Shown piece after piece: positions 29,375 to 38,434 of a DNA stretch of 64,000 nt. The position numbers and the translations under genes were made by a program. A model generated the notes under the pieces. The model was not told where the DNA came from and did no database searches. It saw only the letters and a program-made list of their open reading frames with translations. This DNA comes from a virus. The DNA lies in the IMG/VR virus record IMGVR_UViG_3300027769_000875, positions 54,974 through 118,973 of that record. One strand, 5' to 3'. Positions within the stretch are counted from its first letter, which is position 1. Each line of letters opens with the position of its first letter.

Positions 29375-29942
29375 ATTCGTTATATGTCTTTAAACCTTCT
29401 TTAGCATCTTCAGTTCTTTCAATATTGTACAATCTACTTCTGTAAAGACTACTAATTTTCATACGAGGATCTACTTGAATATACATGTTCCATTTTTTTG
29501 GATATTCCTTTGCCACTGTTCTTTTAAAGTCTCTTACTCCAGCAAATCCCCATAATTCATTATTCTTAAATTTATATCTGCTTGCAAATGTTGTAAAGAA
29601 TATTTTTGCGAGATAATCATCACTTTCATAATTCTTATGTTGAATAACTTTGCCATAGTCAGATGAGGTTTTAAAATCTACGTTTTTACTTTTCTTACGT
29701 GGACATGTACCAATAAACAAATGACCTAGCTGACTTGGTATTTCAACACCATCTCTTTTTTCAATTACAGTATTCCAAACTTCATTATTAAACTCAAGTA
29801 ATATTCTTTTTATTTGTTTCTCTGTTAAATACTTGGCTGCAAAAACTTCAGATTGTATATGATCCACCATTTCTTTGACAACAGTTTTCTTTGTTGTCTT
29901 TCTAAATCTTGGAGCTTTAACATCTGGCATACAATTTTTCAT
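29364..29942 (-). CDS. IHF/HU-like protein of the crAss tail module
   Basis: IKRILLEFNNEVWNTVIEKRDGVEIPSQLGHLFIG resembles the HU/IHF core, in the conserved position before the ring genes. Confidence 0.6.
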   Translation of the reverse strand: MKNCMPDVKAPRFRKTTKKTVVKEMVDHIQSEVFAAKYLTEKQIKRILLEFNNEVWNTVIEKRDGVEIPSQLGHLFIGTCPRKKSKNVDFKTSSDYGKVIQHKNYESDDYLAKIFFTTFASRYKFKNNELWGFAGVRDFKRTVAKEYPKKWNMYIQVDPRMKISSLYRSRLYNIERTEDAKEGLKTYNEFEF

Positions 29943-29949
29943 AACAGAT

Positions 29950-29971
29950 CCTCATTAAAATATAGGCAAAA
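29950..29971 (-). promoter_or_regulatory. Candidate late promoter motif copy 2
   Basis: Minus strand TTTTGCC-TATATTT-TAATGAGG just upstream of the IHF-like gene. Confidence 0.5.
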
Positions 29972-29995
29972 TAATTGGTTTTAACAAATGTAATC

Positions 29996-30036
29996 AAAAA
30001 AACAAAACCCTTACAGCTATGCAAGGGTCTGCTTGT
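29996..30036 (-). terminator. Intrinsic terminator
   Basis: Minus strand AGACCCTTGCATAGCTGTAAGGGTTT hairpin followed by a T-run, downstream of the 577-aa gene. Confidence 0.6.
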
Positions 30037-30054
30037 AATTATAATAATCTATTA

Positions 30055-31788
30055 TTATCCAACCATTGTTACCCACATTTGTCCAACTGCAGCTGCTGAC
30101 AAAGTAGTAATTGAAATTGAATTAGCACTTAGAATTGAATATGAATAATCTATACCATGAACCAATGCAACACTTGGATAGTTTCCAGCTGTTGGTTTTG
30201 TTACAGATACTACAATGTATGGTGTAGCAAGTATATGTGTAACTGTTACTGATGTACCTATTGCACCAAATGTAACACCATACGCATCAGATTTAGCACC
30301 TGTACTTGTAATAGTAATATCTGTTGCTGTAGAAGTTAATCCAATTCCAGCACCTGCCTTTAAACCTTTAGTTGCTAATGCTGGACCAAACCACACATTT
30401 ACTAATGACTCATGTGTTGTTGTACCAGCATCAGATAACGTAACTGCAGATCCAGGATCAGTATTTGTAATAGTAACATCTGTACCAGTAGCAGGCAATG
30501 CAATTCCAGCACCTTCTTTCAATCCTTTTATAGCCAAAGTAGGTCCAACTCCATCATTTACAAGTACTGTGTGTGCACCTGTACCTGCATCTGCCAAAGT
30601 AACAGCTGAACCAGGATCTGTGTTAGTAACTGTAAATGTTGTTTGACTGCCAAGAACTGTAGAATTAACTTGAATGCCAGCACCTGCGGTAACTACAAAA
30701 GTCTGAGTACTTGTTGGAATAAAATCCAAGAAATCTTCAAATGCAATTTTAACCTCTGCACAACCATTTACATAAGTTATTGTATAAGATGCATTGTTTT
30801 CAGGATAGCACCACGCACCTGCTGTTGTTGCTGACCATGGGGCATCAAATATTAAATTTGCAATCGTTGAGTCATCGTTGAATTTGGTGTCAATTAAATC
30901 TGAAGTTAACCAAACCAAAGTTCCAATAACTTTACCATTATATAAATTACCACTATTATCCTTATAGGCATTTGATATGAAATCTCCATCTACCTCGTTG
31001 CAATCAATAGGTCTTACCAAACGTATACGTAATCCATAGTTTTTGTCAAATATTGCAGTAAGCAACGTATCATCAACATATGACAAACTGTAGTATGGTG
31101 CTCTTATGGCATCTGTCTCATCATATCCCCAGTATGTTCCTAATTGACCATTATTTGCGCTAAATAATCCATTGTCCAATCTATATGAAGATGGTAAAAC
31201 ACTTAAACCAGTAGTGTTTGTAGCTGCACTATTTGGATTACTCCAACATGTCGTTGTTTTCATAGGACCACCAGCAACGTTGTTCCATGGAGATTGAGTG
31301 GCAGCTGTATCAATAGCCAATGCTAAAGCATACCAATCATTTTCATTTGGAACACGCCAAGTGTTAACTTGATTATCTAATGGATCAATATTTACTATTC
31401 CACCTACAATTCTACCATCACCTTCTGTGCCATCATTAATTGAATACCAATTGTATAGTTTTCCAACGTATGCGCATGTAGCTGTGGAGTCTGTACAAAA
31501 AAGCAAATAGTCAGGGTTATCTATTTGTGTTACTGCTGGAATTGTACAACATGCACCTAAACATATATAATCTACAATTGCATCTAGTGCTTCTGCAATA
31601 GATGTATTTGAAGGGATTACAGGAGAATCTTGACATGTTAATGCAGGGCCAGTATAGACAACACATTCTGCATTGATTATCTCAGTGCATGGTTGAGGAT
31701 CAGGACATACAGGAGGTGGGGTTATACATGGCTCAGGTATTGCTGGCCCACATCCACATCCTACACAATTATTATTATAAGTTGCCAT
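30055..31788 (-). CDS. Tail/capsid fibre protein: Cys-rich N-terminus, Fib_succ_major (FISUMP)-like domain, tandem repeats
   Basis: GKLYNWY...WRVPNENDW...AGGPMK...TNTTGLSVLP...GLRIRLV is the FISUMP signature. Two ~50-aa TNTDPGSAVTL repeats follow. Confidence 0.7.
   Translation of the reverse strand: MATYNNNCVGCGCGPAIPEPCITPPPVCPDPQPCTEIINAECVVYTGPALTCQDSPVIPSNTSIAEALDAIVDYICLGACCTIPAVTQIDNPDYLLFCTDSTATCAYVGKLYNWYSINDGTEGDGRIVGGIVNIDPLDNQVNTWRVPNENDWYALALAIDTAATQSPWNNVAGGPMKTTTCWSNPNSAATNTTGLSVLPSSYRLDNGLFSANNGQLGTYWGYDETDAIRAPYYSLSYVDDTLLTAIFDKNYGLRIRLVRPIDCNEVDGDFISNAYKDNSGNLYNGKVIGTLVWLTSDLIDTKFNDDSTIANLIFDAPWSATTAGAWCYPENNASYTITYVNGCAEVKIAFEDFLDFIPTSTQTFVVTAGAGIQVNSTVLGSQTTFTVTNTDPGSAVTLADAGTGAHTVLVNDGVGPTLAIKGLKEGAGIALPATGTDVTITNTDPGSAVTLSDAGTTTHESLVNVWFGPALATKGLKAGAGIGLTSTATDITITSTGAKSDAYGVTFGAIGTSVTVTHILATPYIVVSVTKPTAGNYPSVALVHGIDYSYSILSANSISITTLSAAAVGQMWVTMVG
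30300..30630 (-). repeat. Two ~50-aa tandem repeats in the fibre protein
   Basis: TNTDPGSAVTL(A/S)DAG...LVN...GP.LA.KGLK.GAGI.L..T.TD.TIT occurs twice. Confidence 0.8.
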
Positions 31789-31820
31789 ATCTATTTTTTA
31801 ATTTATTTACAATCATTTAT

Positions 31821-32264
31821 TTACACTTCAGTATATGTTATTTCCATAGTCAGATTTTCACATGGACATCCAAGTTTTGAAAATACATCTGGTGCTATTA
31901 CTAGTTTTACTCGCCTGTCCTCATTATCAGTATATTCTCCCCAACTTTGATTTGCATTTAAATCATCTACTAACTGAGTAATGTTATTTAAAGGCGCAGA
32001 TGACGCATAATATTCTATTGGTTCTCCACTACAATAAAAAGTTACTAAATTAACAGGATAAAATACTATAGCATTTGAATATATTATACAAGGTTCAGAT
32101 GGAGGTTCGCATATTACCTCACACCAATTCAATCCATCCCAATATTTTACAACACATATTTGTGGCTTTAACTCTTGCCAGCCAAAAATAGTTTTAATAC
32201 GCACATCACAATTGCATATATCTACCCAATTAATACCATCAAATATTTTATACGCGTTAGTCAT
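31821..32264 (-). CDS. Small Cys/Trp-rich virion protein
   Basis: Likely start MTNAYKIFDGINW. Repeated K(I/Y)(F/W)DG.NW motif seen in fibre-associated proteins. Confidence 0.5.
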   Translation of the reverse strand: MTNAYKIFDGINWVDICNCDVRIKTIFGWQELKPQICVVKYWDGLNWCEVICEPPSEPCIIYSNAIVFYPVNLVTFYCSGEPIEYYASSAPLNNITQLVDDLNANQSWGEYTDNEDRRVKLVIAPDVFSKLGCPCENLTMEITYTEV

Positions 32265-32266
32265 AG

Positions 32267-32968
32267 TTACAATGGTGTGCAAGGTTGAATCCATATATCA
32301 CCTGGTCTAATTGTATTATTTGTTCCAATATAATTTACACCAAATCCTTCAATAGATCCATATATACTATCAAAATTAGCTTGTGTTGGTTCTGTTGTCT
32401 GTACAAATACAGCTACTCCTCTTCCTGATTTACCATCAGTTCCTGAATTACCAGGTAATCCTTGTGGTCCTGGAGGTCCTATTGGTCCAGGGCCACCAGC
32501 AGGTCCAGCAGATCCAGGTGCACCCGTACACCCATTGCATGCAAAATCAGTACTTATAATAGTATCAGATATGCCATCAAAATAATCTATTTGAACACCA
32601 CCACATGGACAATGTATATCTCCTAAAGGTATCGTATATACTTTTACATAATTACCATTGATTCCTGCTGATCCATTTGCGCCTCTTAAACCTGGAGGGC
32701 CAGGTAATAATTGTATAGCACATATTTGGTCTATAACAAGTTGGAACAATTCTGAGAAATCAGTTGGTGGACAAGATATATCATTAAAACATGAAATGTC
32801 ATATTGTGTAGGATCTAACATTACAAGTGTATCGCAAAACTTAGTAGCAAGTTTATACAACACATCTGTTATCGTATCACCATTACACAGTTTCAAACAT
32901 GGAATATCTGGACCTTCCCAGATTACACAGTTTGAAGAAGTTTTCATACATCCATCTTTGCTTCTCAT
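32267..32968 (-). CDS. Collagen-like fibre protein with a Cys-rich N-terminal domain
   Basis: Gly-X-Y runs (GPPGLRGANG, GPAGGPGPIGPPGPQGLPG). The N-terminus is paralogous to that of the 530-aa neighbour. Confidence 0.75.
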   Translation of the reverse strand: MRSKDGCMKTSSNCVIWEGPDIPCLKLCNGDTITDVLYKLATKFCDTLVMLDPTQYDISCFNDISCPPTDFSELFQLVIDQICAIQLLPGPPGLRGANGSAGINGNYVKVYTIPLGDIHCPCGGVQIDYFDGISDTIISTDFACNGCTGAPGSAGPAGGPGPIGPPGPQGLPGNSGTDGKSGRGVAVFVQTTEPTQANFDSIYGSIEGFGVNYIGTNNTIRPGDIWIQPCTPL

Positions 32969-32978
32969 ATCTAATTTT

Positions 32979-34571
32979 TTAACACGTTCCTAAACTTGTC
33001 AATGTTGTATCTAATCCAATTGTAGCTGGTAAAGGAGCACCTCCTGCTAATTCTGCACTAACAAGGCAAAGAACACTTCTTGTTACAGTTATACATCCCT
33101 CACCTGGACAGTAAAGTAATTCACTTGAGTTGAATGTAGTAGTTCCATAAGATTGACCATTTGGAATAGTTATTACAAGATCTGTTTCTACTACTGGATC
33201 TGAACTACATGCAACATACTCAATTCGTATTGTAACCTCTATTGCTGTTCCAGTATTTATCAATGTTCCTCCACTACCATTTAAAAGTTCAACTTCCAAT
33301 GTTGTTTGTGTAGGATTGTATGGTGTAGTTATTGGTCCTATTGGATTAACACACTCTGCAGGTTCAGCTGTAACTGAGGTAGATCTATAGAATAATTTTC
33401 CAACATATGGAAAATCTATTAAAACACCAGTTGTTTCAATAGGACTTGATGTACCACAGTCATAAATTGCAGAAATTGTAATGGTATACTCTGTGCCTGC
33501 TGTAAATGCAGGATCTACAAGATTATAAGTTAATGGACTTGGGCCAACTGTTACAGACAGTATTGGTGGTATTGTTCCAGATATATTAAACACTTGAATT
33601 TGATATCCTATTGGTGCTTGTGATCCAGTTGTTACTGGAGCAACCCATGTTATAGTACCAGCTGTAGTGCTTATAGAGGATATTGCTACAGACACTGGTG
33701 GAATAGTTACACAAGGAATAGCAGGCGTTGTTGATATACAATCATTTAATTGACAAACAACTAACCAAAGATTTGTCATTGACTGAGCTGCTGTAATTGG
33801 ATTAGTAATCCAACCTGCTATATCACCATAAGTACCATCAGTACATGGCAATGGTGTTGTTTCATCAATACATATTGTATTAAACATTTCTTGCCATTGT
33901 GCAAGTGTTCCTAGTATTTGTAGGTAACTACACAGTGCTTGCTCCATGTTATAAAAAGCAGTTTCAATTGCCAAGGTTTGTCCAGGCGCAGTACCACTTA
34001 AACATTGTGTGGTAATATTAATAACTGGAGGAGGTGTACTTCCACCTCCACCACTATCAATAATGTTTTGTATAATTTGCAACTGATTGCTTATAGATGT
34101 GATCGTAGCAGTAAGGCTACTTATGCTAACAAGAATCTCACAAATTTTACTAGCCAAGTATTCAACATATTCATCTAAAGGCAATGCTGTAATTACATCA
34201 CCTGTGTCAGTATCAACATACCATAAACATTCAGGTAGCTGTGCAACTGGAATTGGTGTTGGTGTAGGTGGTACAGGATCAGGTGGTAAACAAATTTTTT
34301 CAATAATCAATTGTATTGTTTCAAGTAGCGTGTCAGGAGGACATTGCCCACTTTCCAAAAGACAATCAAAATCTAAACTGGAAACATCTAATACATTTTC
34401 AGTTATATCACAAAGAATCTTTGCTAATTCGTAAATTACCACATCAATAGTATCACCTTTGCACAAATCAATACAGGGAATATTTGGTCCATCCCATGTG
34501 ACACATGTTGCTGATACAGGCATGCATCCACCCTTTCTGTACTTGTCAATATTTGATGGTAATGCTTTCAT
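32979..34571 (-). CDS. Cys-rich virion protein with a fibronectin type III domain
   Basis: FN3 signature PPVSVAISSISTTAGTITWVAP...IGYQIQV...LVDPAFTAGTEYTITISA, plus a Cys-rich N-terminal domain. Confidence 0.7.
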   Translation of the reverse strand: MKALPSNIDKYRKGGCMPVSATCVTWDGPNIPCIDLCKGDTIDVVIYELAKILCDITENVLDVSSLDFDCLLESGQCPPDTLLETIQLIIEKICLPPDPVPPTPTPIPVAQLPECLWYVDTDTGDVITALPLDEYVEYLASKICEILVSISSLTATITSISNQLQIIQNIIDSGGGGSTPPPVINITTQCLSGTAPGQTLAIETAFYNMEQALCSYLQILGTLAQWQEMFNTICIDETTPLPCTDGTYGDIAGWITNPITAAQSMTNLWLVVCQLNDCISTTPAIPCVTIPPVSVAISSISTTAGTITWVAPVTTGSQAPIGYQIQVFNISGTIPPILSVTVGPSPLTYNLVDPAFTAGTEYTITISAIYDCGTSSPIETTGVLIDFPYVGKLFYRSTSVTAEPAECVNPIGPITTPYNPTQTTLEVELLNGSGGTLINTGTAIEVTIRIEYVACSSDPVVETDLVITIPNGQSYGTTTFNSSELLYCPGEGCITVTRSVLCLVSAELAGGAPLPATIGLDTTLTSLGTC

Positions 34572-34799
34572 CTATAGAGTATTAATATATTCATTTACAG
34601 TAGTGTACCCACAGCAACTATTAGCAGCAGGGAGTCCACAATTTTGACGCTCCAATCCTCTTTCATAGATTTGTTTCATTTCATATGCCAAATCTGGATC
34701 AAGACGTTTTTTACATCCTTCAATACCAAAACGAACATTATTAAACTCTTGAAATAAAGAGTCTGCAAATAATTCATTTATATATACTTGTGTATCCAT
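34572..34799 (-). CDS. Hypothetical protein (75 aa)
   Basis: Abuts both neighbours in the operon. Confidence 0.55.
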   Translation of the reverse strand: MDTQVYINELFADSLFQEFNNVRFGIEGCKKRLDPDLAYEMKQIYERGLERQNCGLPAANSCCGYTTVNEYINTL

Positions 34800-34984
34800 T
34801 ACTTCTTAGGATAATAGTTATGTGGTATGTCCCATATATATGGTCCTTTATTTTCTTCTGTCAAATTAGGTTTCAATGAATTTTCATATGCAGTAATACA
34901 ATTTGAACATACTGATTTACCATTTGACGCAATTCTTTGTTGGCAACTACACGATAGTTTTGTTCCACAATTTGAACATTTCAT
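34799..34984 (-). CDS. Small Cys-rich (zinc-finger-like) protein
   Basis: CSNC..CSC..CSNC pattern; its stop is coupled to the next gene. Confidence 0.55.
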   Translation of the reverse strand: MKCSNCGTKLSCSCQQRIASNGKSVCSNCITAYENSLKPNLTEENKGPYIWDIPHNYYPKK

Positions 34985-35002
34985 ATTCTTCTGTTTTTAA
35001 AG

Positions 35003-35560
35003 TTATCTACACATAATACAACAACCCATGATATACTTATCCAACATTTTGTTTGCATACGCTAACATCTGAACTCCTTGCTCTGGTGCATGACAATATT
35101 CTGTCTTTGCTTTTGCTGCATCTATGAGCATTTTGATATATCGTAAGTCATTAAGATTTTGTCTTTCTTCTGAACTTGGTTCGCACTCTTGTAAGTGTAA
35201 TTTACAAATTTCACCTAAATATCTATTTGTGATCATTGTTGTTCTCAAATGAAAATACTGAACGTATGATTGTTCATTAGGTGAAATACTATACTTAATA
35301 GTATAAAGTCCATCATGTAATGGTGAACCTGGAGGACAGTCAATGCCTAAATCTGTTGCATCAAATACAGCACAGAAATTTGGAGTAAGTCCAAGTGTTA
35401 TATAAACTGGTTGATTTGTACCAGGAATTGTTATATCTAACTGTTGACACTCTATTGGTAAAATAGCAGGGTCAGCATAAATAGATGTATCTACAACTCT
35501 AATGATGTTCTCACAAGCTGTTTCAGGAACATCTAACTGTAATATGTGTTTTATTGCCAT
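35003..35560 (-). CDS. Virion/tail hub-like structural protein
   Basis: Likely start MAIKH at 35560, since the track's TTG start lies inside the promoter-like motif. LHDGLYTIKYS motif and structural-block position. Confidence 0.5.
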   Translation of the reverse strand: MAIKHILQLDVPETACENIIRVVDTSIYADPAILPIECQQLDITIPGTNQPVYITLGLTPNFCAVFDATDLGIDCPPGSPLHDGLYTIKYSISPNEQSYVQYFHLRTTMITNRYLGEICKLHLQECEPSSEERQNLNDLRYIKMLIDAAKAKTEYCHAPEQGVQMLAYANKMLDKYIMGCCIMCR

Positions 35561-35581
35561 AGTTGCAGGTTTTAAATACCG

Positions 35582-35601
35582 CTTCAATAAAATTTAAGAA
35601 A
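35582..35601 (-). promoter_or_regulatory. Candidate late promoter motif copy 3
   Basis: Minus strand TTTCT-TAAATTT-TATTGAAG just downstream of a terminator. Confidence 0.45.
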
Positions 35602-35620
35602 TTTTTCTGAAAGATACAAT

Positions 35621-35656
35621 AAAAAAAGAAAAGAAGAGCGCAATGCCCTTCTTTTC
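35621..35656 (-). terminator. Intrinsic terminator
   Basis: Minus strand GAAAAGAAGGGC-ATTGC-GCTCTTCTTTTC hairpin followed by a T-run. Confidence 0.75.
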
Positions 35657-35681
35657 CTCTTTATAATGGTCAGGTATGCTA

Positions 35682-37202
35682 TTACGCAACAACCTGTAGA
35701 ACAACGCCTGTACCAGCAGAAGTTAACCATGTATTCCACCAAGTTTGGAATGTTGTCATGTTTGCAATTGAACCTGCAGCTGAGGTCAAGAAACTAGGAA
35801 CAACAATCTTAACTAAGTATTGGTCATTGTCAAATACACCAGTTGGATTATTCTTACGAGGAATGCTGTGTAGCAAATAGTAAACACTATATCTTGTACC
35901 ACGTACAAGTTCTGGTCCACCAGCAAGTGTTGATCCAAGAGTAGTATCTTGAATTACTTCACGCATACGTGGATCGTCATACCAAGGTTCTTGTTGGTAA
36001 CGCTTAGCAAGAATTAACTCACGTACTAAAGTTTCACCAAACCCTTTGCCTTGTTTTGCTTCTTGAATTTCAGTAATTGCAAAACAAGAGACAGCACAAG
36101 TATCACCACCAAGATCATTGGAGTTATTTGCATAAGCAGCCATTGAAGCATAAAGCAAGATTGGCTCAGTTTCAAAATGATCTTTAGGATTAAATGAACA
36201 ATCACCAAATACTGTATCAACATATGCACCAATGATATCAATACAAGAACTTACTGTGCTTGCAGCAGCTCCAGTTGCAGGAACATAAGTAGCAGTAGTA
36301 GTTGTACGATATACAGAGATTGCAGTACCAGCAGTAACAGTAGCAGGCAATACAAATGGAGTTTGGTTTTGATTAACCAAAGGAACTGTGGTAGAACCAG
36401 CTACATAAGTAGAAGCTACATATGCAGAGTATCCATTAAATTTCACTTTGTTACCAATTTGAATTGCAGTAGCACCAGAACCAGCTGAAACAACAGTGAT
36501 TTGTGATGTACCAATAGTACCAGAAGCAGTAGTAGATAATGCAGTTTTAACCCAAACAACAGCTTGAACAAATTGACTCAAGAATGGAGTAGAGTTGTTT
36601 CCAGAAGATACACTATTGATTTGGTCAGCCCATTGTAACAATACAACTGTAGGGTCAACTAAATCAGGAGTGGTTGGAGATACAAGATTTGTACAACATC
36701 CAGTATATGCACTAAGTGTTTGGTACAAGTTATGATTCAAAAAGCGTAATGCTGGAGAACCTTTGATATCCAAACGTAAGTCATACATTGTATCACAAGT
36801 AAGACCACAGTTTGCCTGACAAATCTCAAGAACATCATTTACTGGAGCTGCAGGATCTGTTCTGTAGAACGAACTTACAAACTTAGCATTGATGCCTTTT
36901 GATTTTACAGACTCTTTGTAACCTCCATGGAAAGGACCAATTTTGTCATTTAAATGGAAACTACCTTGTGCCAAATACACTTGAGAATAAGCATTCGCAG
37001 TTGTAGCTGGTCCATAAGTAGGAGCAACAGCAGGGTCAATAGGAACATTTGTCAAAGCATTGACAATTGCTACTTGACCAGCTGCAATAGCAACAGTTGT
37101 TGCAGGAGTTGAACCACCATTAGGAAATGGTAGTGGAGTTGCACCACCAGCTGGGTGAGTTGCAACTAGCATTTTTTGAAATGCATGTGGAAAATAAGCC
37201 AT
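35682..37202 (-). CDS. Putative auxiliary capsid/structural protein (506 aa)
   Basis: Ala/Thr-rich ORF downstream of the MCP block with its own terminator. KSKGI...CDTMYDLRL...GFGETLVRELI pattern. Confidence 0.5.
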   Translation of the reverse strand: MAYFPHAFQKMLVATHPAGGATPLPFPNGGSTPATTVAIAAGQVAIVNALTNVPIDPAVAPTYGPATTANAYSQVYLAQGSFHLNDKIGPFHGGYKESVKSKGINAKFVSSFYRTDPAAPVNDVLEICQANCGLTCDTMYDLRLDIKGSPALRFLNHNLYQTLSAYTGCCTNLVSPTTPDLVDPTVVLLQWADQINSVSSGNNSTPFLSQFVQAVVWVKTALSTTASGTIGTSQITVVSAGSGATAIQIGNKVKFNGYSAYVASTYVAGSTTVPLVNQNQTPFVLPATVTAGTAISVYRTTTTATYVPATGAAASTVSSCIDIIGAYVDTVFGDCSFNPKDHFETEPILLYASMAAYANNSNDLGGDTCAVSCFAITEIQEAKQGKGFGETLVRELILAKRYQQEPWYDDPRMREVIQDTTLGSTLAGGPELVRGTRYSVYYLLHSIPRKNNPTGVFDNDQYLVKIVVPSFLTSAAGSIANMTTFQTWWNTWLTSAGTGVVLQVVA

Positions 37203-37245
37203 AACAATTAAAATTTAAAAATTAAACAAAAAAACAATTAACAAT

Positions 37246-37722
37246 TTATTTTAAAAACTTGAGTTTATACTTAGCTGAGTTTAATGTTGATTTGATAGTA
37301 TCAAGATCATTCACTATTTCACTATATGGCATCATAGCTTGTAGTTCATTAACTTCAGAAGTTAGTTCTCGTATATAAGATAATGCATCTTCAACAGAAT
37401 TGCAAACTTTTTTTGAATATTCTTCTTCATGAGAACATTCTACAATTCGTTCTACTGCACCTTGATATCCTTCAATAAGAGTATCAGCATGTCCAGGTAA
37501 TGCTTCATACAAATCTCCAAGAGCTTTGTGTGCAGCATAAGAACCTAAATCTTTTACTTTTAAATGCAGTTTGTGAAAACAGGTTGCAGCATCCATAAGT
37601 TTATATCCTAATTCTGCAACTTCCTCGTCAAGAGGGTTTTCAGAACTATGATAAGTCTCTTTGTCTACAGCTGCTGTAATCAAAGGACGTCTTTTTAATG
37701 AGTATCCACCAGTAAAATCCAT
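37246..37722 (-). CDS. Dps/ferritin-like protein
   Basis: FHKLHLKV...SYAAHKALGDLYEAL..HADTLIEGYQG matches the ferritin-like four-helix H..H..D..E pattern. It ends YKLKFLK, like phage Dps-like proteins. Confidence 0.75.
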   Translation of the reverse strand: MDFTGGYSLKRRPLITAAVDKETYHSSENPLDEEVAELGYKLMDAATCFHKLHLKVKDLGSYAAHKALGDLYEALPGHADTLIEGYQGAVERIVECSHEEEYSKKVCNSVEDALSYIRELTSEVNELQAMMPYSEIVNDLDTIKSTLNSAKYKLKFLK

Positions 37723-37732
37723 AATATATTAT

Positions 37733-38434
37733 TTATTCATTTGACATTTGACTTTGTTGCGCTCTTTGCATTTGATTGAATGATTCAATATCTCCTGCTA
37801 AAATTGCCACTGTACCATCCACCATTAGTTCTGCTACATCATCTTTAAATTCACATGTGATATCTACAGCAGATGGTAATCCTGTTGTTATATCAATACA
37901 TCCAGCAAATTGTACAAATCGTGGTTTTCTATAATAAGTAAGCACTGCATCATCAAGTTCAAATTCATTATTTGTGTAAATACGAATTCTGTTACTTTGC
38001 ATGGTACAAAATGATTCACCCCATTCATAGCTTGGTTTTTTAAACTCATCAGATAACAAGTTGTCAACGTCAGCTGCTTCATCAAGATATATAGTCAATG
38101 CACGTGGAGGACAACAGTCTTTTACACCTTTTATTGATACACGTTTGAAATATAAATAATCATCAGGAATCAACTCAGTTTCATAAAACAAATCACGTTT
38201 AGCTATGCTAATTTTATCAGATAACAAAATGTTTTGCAAATCATCTATCTGCATTTTAGAAGATTCATCATATTCAGGATGTGTAGGACTTACGTGAATT
38301 TGTCTACGCACCCATTCTAATTGCGCTTTGTTAAACGCCTCAACTATTTGCCAACATTCAATATTGTCATAGTCAAATGAAGCGAGTTTATTCAAACGCT
38401 CATAAATCTTTATTCTGAGTAGATTGTTATCCAT
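37733..38434 (-). CDS. Head-tail adaptor/ring protein
   Basis: FNKAQLEWV...DDLQNIL...IPDDYLYF...LTYYRKP is typical of crAss ring proteins. Confidence 0.65.
   Translation of the reverse strand: MDNNLLRIKIYERLNKLASFDYDNIECWQIVEAFNKAQLEWVRRQIHVSPTHPEYDESSKMQIDDLQNILLSDKISIAKRDLFYETELIPDDYLYFKRVSIKGVKDCCPPRALTIYLDEAADVDNLLSDEFKKPSYEWGESFCTMQSNRIRIYTNNEFELDDAVLTYYRKPRFVQFAGCIDITTGLPSAVDITCEFKDDVAELMVDGTVAILAGDIESFNQMQRAQQSQMSNE

Noticed and set aside
30055-31788. Diversity-generating retroelement targeting the FISUMP fibre
   Set aside because: No reverse transcriptase and no adenine-variant template repeat seen in the window.
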